Assembly (NCBI GenBank): GCA_964016885.1 | Contig: OZ024762.1 | Location: 19,034,001-19,098,000 of the forward strand | Source of the DNA: Eledone cirrhosa | Taxonomy: Eukaryota | DNA: 64,000 nucleotides | Reading direction: 5' to 3' | Shown here: positions 59,567 through 64,000 of the stretch, piece after piece | Layout of the letters: each line of letters starts with the position of its first letter | Position numbering within the stretch: position 1 is the stretch's first letter | Position numbers and translations under genes: made by a program | The notes under the pieces: model-generated | Database searches by the model: none | Told to the model about the DNA's origin: nothing | The model's input: the letters and a program-made list of their open reading frames with translations, nothing else

Positions 59567-59619
59567 GAGCTTCTACAGGACTAGTACTGTTTCATTCAGA
59601 TGAAATCTTCAGGAAGCTC
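59567..59619 (-). ncRNA. Complete type I hammerhead ribozyme (family B') in fold-back element ~59482-59685; second core on plus strand 59614-59666
   Basis: Minus: gagcuuc CUGAAGA uuuc aucu gaau GAAA cag uacuaguc cug UA gaagcuc. Confidence 0.85.
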
Positions 59620-59833
59620 CTGAAGATTTCATCTGAATGAAACAGTACTAGTCCTGTAGAAGCTCCTTCTATAAAATAAAAAAATAAAAATATATATATA
59701 TATATATATCCCTCTCTCTCTTATCCACTCTCTCTCCCTCTCTCTTTCCACTCTTACTCGCCACACTCTCCCCACTACACTCTGTCTCTTTCTCTCTCTA
59801 TCTCACTCTGTCTCTCTGTCTCTCCCACCACAC

Positions 59834-59869
<36 letters not shown>

Positions 59870-61374
59870 ATCCACCACACTGTCTGTTTCTCTCTCACCC
59901 ACCACTCTCTCTCTCTCTTTCATCCACACTCTCCCTCACCGCATGTCTCACCCATCCCCCCACACAAACCCACACTCTCTCACTCTCCATCTCCATCTCT
60001 CTCTCTCTCTCTACTCTCTGTCTCTCCCACCACACTCTGTCTGTCTGTCTGTCTCTCTCTCTCATCCACCACACTGTCTGTTTCTCTCTCACCCACCACA
60101 CTGTCTGTTTCTCTCTCACTCACCACTCTCTCTCTCTCTTTCATCCACACTCTCCCTCACCGCATGTCTCACCCATCCCCCCACACAAACCCACACTCTC
60201 TCACTCTCCATCTCCATCTCTCTCACTCTCCATCTCCATCTCTCTCTCTCTCTACGTGGGACTTAAACTCCCAACAACTGCAAATTCGCCGCCTTACATA
60301 AAACAAAAAAAAACAGACAGACATACATACAAACAGACATGCAGACAGACTGACATATATACAGACAGACAGACAAGCAGACATGCAAACACGGGAGCAA
60401 AACGTGCTAACATCATTAAAAAGAGAAAAAAAAAGTTGGCAGACTTCAAAAGAGTGGAGTTGATCTTTTAATGTCAGATATTCAATGTTGTTTAACATCT
60501 GATAGTGAAAAAATAAACATTGAAGACTTGCGAAGATCATTTAAAATATCATTGTTAAGCCTTCTACGGTTCAACAAATCTGTGATTGATCGTTAGTTTA
60601 ACACATACACCAACTTTAACATCCTCTGTACTATAGAGTCACCTTACTGAGCCATTCTTGGAAAGTACAAAATAGCAACATGACAGTATCTTATTAAAAT
60701 TACTGTAATACAGCTGTAAAGTACCAGTTCAATACTGAGGTCGATTTTTCCTGTATTTCTCTTTCTCATTTCCTATCACTCTCTCTTCTTCTTCTTCTCT
60801 GGAAGAAATCTTTGCTTTTAATCCTCCCGAGGTCGATACAGTAAAGTACCAGTCAAATACCCCCCCCCCCCCCCCCTCCACACACACACACATAAAAGAA
60901 AAAATTGCTGACCTTGTGCCTAAATTAGAAAACCATTGTTAGATTGGCAGTATGGGTAGGATCGGACGCCGTGCTTTGCAGCAGAGAGTTACGGTCCTTT
61001 ACGGTCTGAGTTCAAATCCCGTCGAGGTTAACTTTGCCTTTCATCGTTACGGGGTCGATAAAATAATACCAGTAATGCACTGGGGGTCGATTTAATCGAC
61101 TTTCCCCTCCCCAAAAATTGCTGACCTTGTGTCTATATAAGAAACCATTATTACCTCGGGGATTAGGGTGGTGGTTTGGCAGTATCGGTAGAGAGTAGGA
61201 AACCCTGCTTCGCAGCATAGAGTTACGTCCCTTTATGTCCTGAATTCAAATACCGCCGAGGTTAACTTTGCTTTTCATCCTTCCGGGGTCGATAAAATAA
61301 AGTACCAGTAATGCACTGGGATAATTGCTGGCCTTTTGCCAAAAGTAGAAACAATTATTACCTCGGGGGGGTTG

Positions 61375-61715
61375 AAAACACTTCGTTATACTGAAAAATT
61401 CGTTATAATGATATTCGTTATAACGGAATTTTACCTGTATTGTAAAATTTCCCAATGATCTCTCCACTAGTAAAGATACTATAAATATTTGAATTAACAA
61501 TACTGATGTTTTGAAATACTCTCTAGTGAATCATTACAGGATGTTAAATAGACAGTGAAATTCCGTTATAACGAAATTCACAGGGTATAAAAAGAAATTT
61601 GTTGTAACGAAAAATTCTTTATAATGAGATCGACCTAACACATCGAGCGTGTGGCTGAGAATTGAAAGAAATGTTGTTATAATGAATTTGTCAGTATAAC
61701 GGAATTTTACCTGTA
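61375..61715. mobile_element. Pogo/Tigger-like MITE ends
   Basis: 'cagtgaaattccgttataacgaa' at ~61553 and 'tataacggaattttacctgta' at ~61420-61440 and ~61695-61715, with repeated subterminal 'cgttataa' motifs and TA ends. Confidence 0.6.
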
Positions 61716-62848
61716 TATATATCTATATCTATATCTATATATCTATCTATATCTCTCTCTCTCTCTCTCTCTCTCTATAGTTAAGAGTTAAAGTGTCGTC
61801 TGGTTCAGCGATCCAGTGACAGATCTCTAGTTTTAACAACATTTATTTATGCATTATCAATGAGTAATTTCTATAAATGAAGCATAAAGACTTTTGAACA
61901 AAAATCGCTCGACCTTTTGTTACATGAACGCTTGAGGTTGAAAGAAGGACAGATAACACAACAACAGTTGTATTAGGAATGGATAATATATCTCTATATC
62001 TCTCTCTCTGCACGTTATTCCACTACACATTCACGTTTTCAGGGCAATGGCAGTTGAAGGAGGATGCAGAGAAGCAGGCAATTTGTTATTGTTATTAGAA
62101 TGCTGTTGGATTGGCAGTATCGGTAGAGGGTCGGACGCCATGCTTTGACGCATAGAGTTACGGCCCTTGCCATTCTGAGTTCAAATCCCGCCGAGGTTAA
62201 CTTTGCCTTTCATCCTTACGGGGTCGATAAAATAAAGTACCAGTAATGTACTGGGTAATTTCTGGCCTTGTGCTAATAGTAGAAACAGTTATTTAGAATG
62301 TTTACAGAAATTTTATTATAGTAATGGAGTCGGATTTAAGCAGAAGGACAGCAATTTGGGGGAGCGGAAAGTCGATTAAATCGACCCTAGCGCGTGATTG
62401 GTACTTTATCTTATCGACCCCGAAAGGATGAAAGGCAAAGCTAACGTTGACGGTATTTGAACTCAGAACGTAAAGGGCTATAACTCTATGCCGCAAATCA
62501 TGTTGTCCGACGCTCTACCGATTCTGCCAATCCACCGCTCTCGGTACTGACAATCCGCCGCCCTTTTAAATTAGAAATTTTAATATAATAATTGTTTCTA
62601 CTTTAGGCACAAGGCCAGCAATTACCCAGTACATTACTGGTACTTTATTTTATCGACCCCCGTAAAGAGGAAAGGCAAAGTCAACCTCGGCGGGATTTGA
62701 ACTCAGACCGTAAAGGGCCGTAACTCTGTGCTGCAAAGCATGGCGTCCGACCCTCTACCGATACTGCCAAATAATAATGATTTCTTATATAGGCACAAGG
62801 CCAGCAATTTTGGGGGAGGGTAAAGTCGATTAAATCGACCCCAGTGCG

Positions 62849-63415
62849 TTACTGGTACTTTATTTTATCGTTACTGGTACTTTATTTTATCGTTACTGGT
62901 ACTTTATTTTATCGTTAATGGTACTTTATTTTATCGCTACTGGTACTTTATTTTATCGTTACTGGTACTTTATTTTATCGTTACTGGTACTTTATTTTAT
63001 CGTTAATGGTACTTTATTTTATCGTTACTGGTACTTTATTTTATCGTTAATGGTACTTTATTTTATCGTTACTGGTACTTTATTTTATCGTTAATGGTAC
63101 TTTATTTTATCGTTACTGGTACTTTATTTTATCGTTAATGGTACTTTATTTTATCGTTACTGGTACTTTATTTTATCGTTACTGGTACTTTATTTTATCG
63201 TTACTGGTACTTTATTTTATCGTTAATGGTACTTTATTTTATCGTTACTGGTACTTTATTTTATCGTTACTGGTACTTTATTTTATCGTTAATGGTACTT
63301 TATTTTATCGTTACTGGTACTTTATTTTATCGTTAATGGTACTTTATTTTATCGTTACTGGTACTTTATTTTATCGTTACTGGTATTTTATTTTATCGTT
63401 ACTGGTACTTTATTT
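62849..63415. repeat. 22-bp minisatellite (~26 copies) derived from the SINE body
   Basis: Unit ttactggtactttattttatcg directly continues the SINE copy at 62790-62870. Confidence 0.95.
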
Positions 63416-64000
63416 TTCTAATTTGCCCAATTGTTTCTATATCCAGTAATACTTGTATATATGATGCAGCAATCCTGAACTCCACAAATTAAACACATTC
63501 AATAATTGTTTCTACTTTTGGCACAAGGCCAGCAATTTTCTCAGTGTATTACTGGTACTTTATTTTATCGACCCCCGTAAGGATGAAAGGCAAAGTTAAC
63601 CTCGGCGGGATTTGAACTCAGACCGTAAAGGACCGTAACTCTCTGCTGCAAAGCACGGCGTCCGATCCTACCCATACTGCCAACCTAACAATGGTTTCTA
63701 ATTTAGGCACAAGGCCAGCAATTTTTTCTTTTATGTGTGTGTGTGTGCGTGGGAGGGGGGGGGGGTATTTGACTGGTACTTTACTGTATCGACCTCGGGA
63801 GGATTAAAAGCAAAGATTTCTTCCAGAGAAGAAGAAGAGAGAGTGATAGGAAATGAGAAAGAGAAATACAGGAAAAATCGACCTCAGTATTGAACTGGTA
63901 CTTTATTTTATCGATCTCGAAAGGGTGCAAGACAAAGTTGACCTTAGTGGGATTTAAACTAAGAACGTAAAGAGCCGGAACAGATACAGCTAAGCATTTG

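Larger units (their letters stand above)
60717..63904. repeat. Long inverted repeat (arms ~60717-61070 and ~63550-63904) in a SINE-dense block
   Basis: The arms share non-SINE-consensus sequence (CT-rich tract, poly-C/poly-G, CA tract) almost identically. Confidence 0.85.

Overview
Eukaryotic, AT-rich, microsatellite-saturated non-coding DNA, most consistent with an octopus (cephalopod) genome judging by its SINE families. It contains one 200-N assembly gap. No intact protein-coding gene is recognisable, and almost all ORFs in the track are microsatellite artefacts. The window holds many tRNA-derived SINEs, 5'-truncated LINE fragments (CR1-group, RTE, Tx1-like, R4/NeSL-like RLE), Tc1/mariner/pogo-type MITE remnants and several minisatellites born inside retroelements. 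The main discovery is that many of the short unique 'islands' inside (TA)n tracts are ~150-450 bp non-coding elements carrying type I hammerhead ribozymes. About 15 complete or near-complete cores and several half-cores were found by eye, from at least 7 sequence families. They include core variants (U3-A8, CCGAAGA), a ~90-nt stem II form and fold-back copies with hammerheads on both strands. These look like Penelope-like pseudo-LTR or retrozyme-type mobile RNAs. Two empty-versus-filled site comparisons inside the window indicate insertion into (TA)n and probably recent activity.
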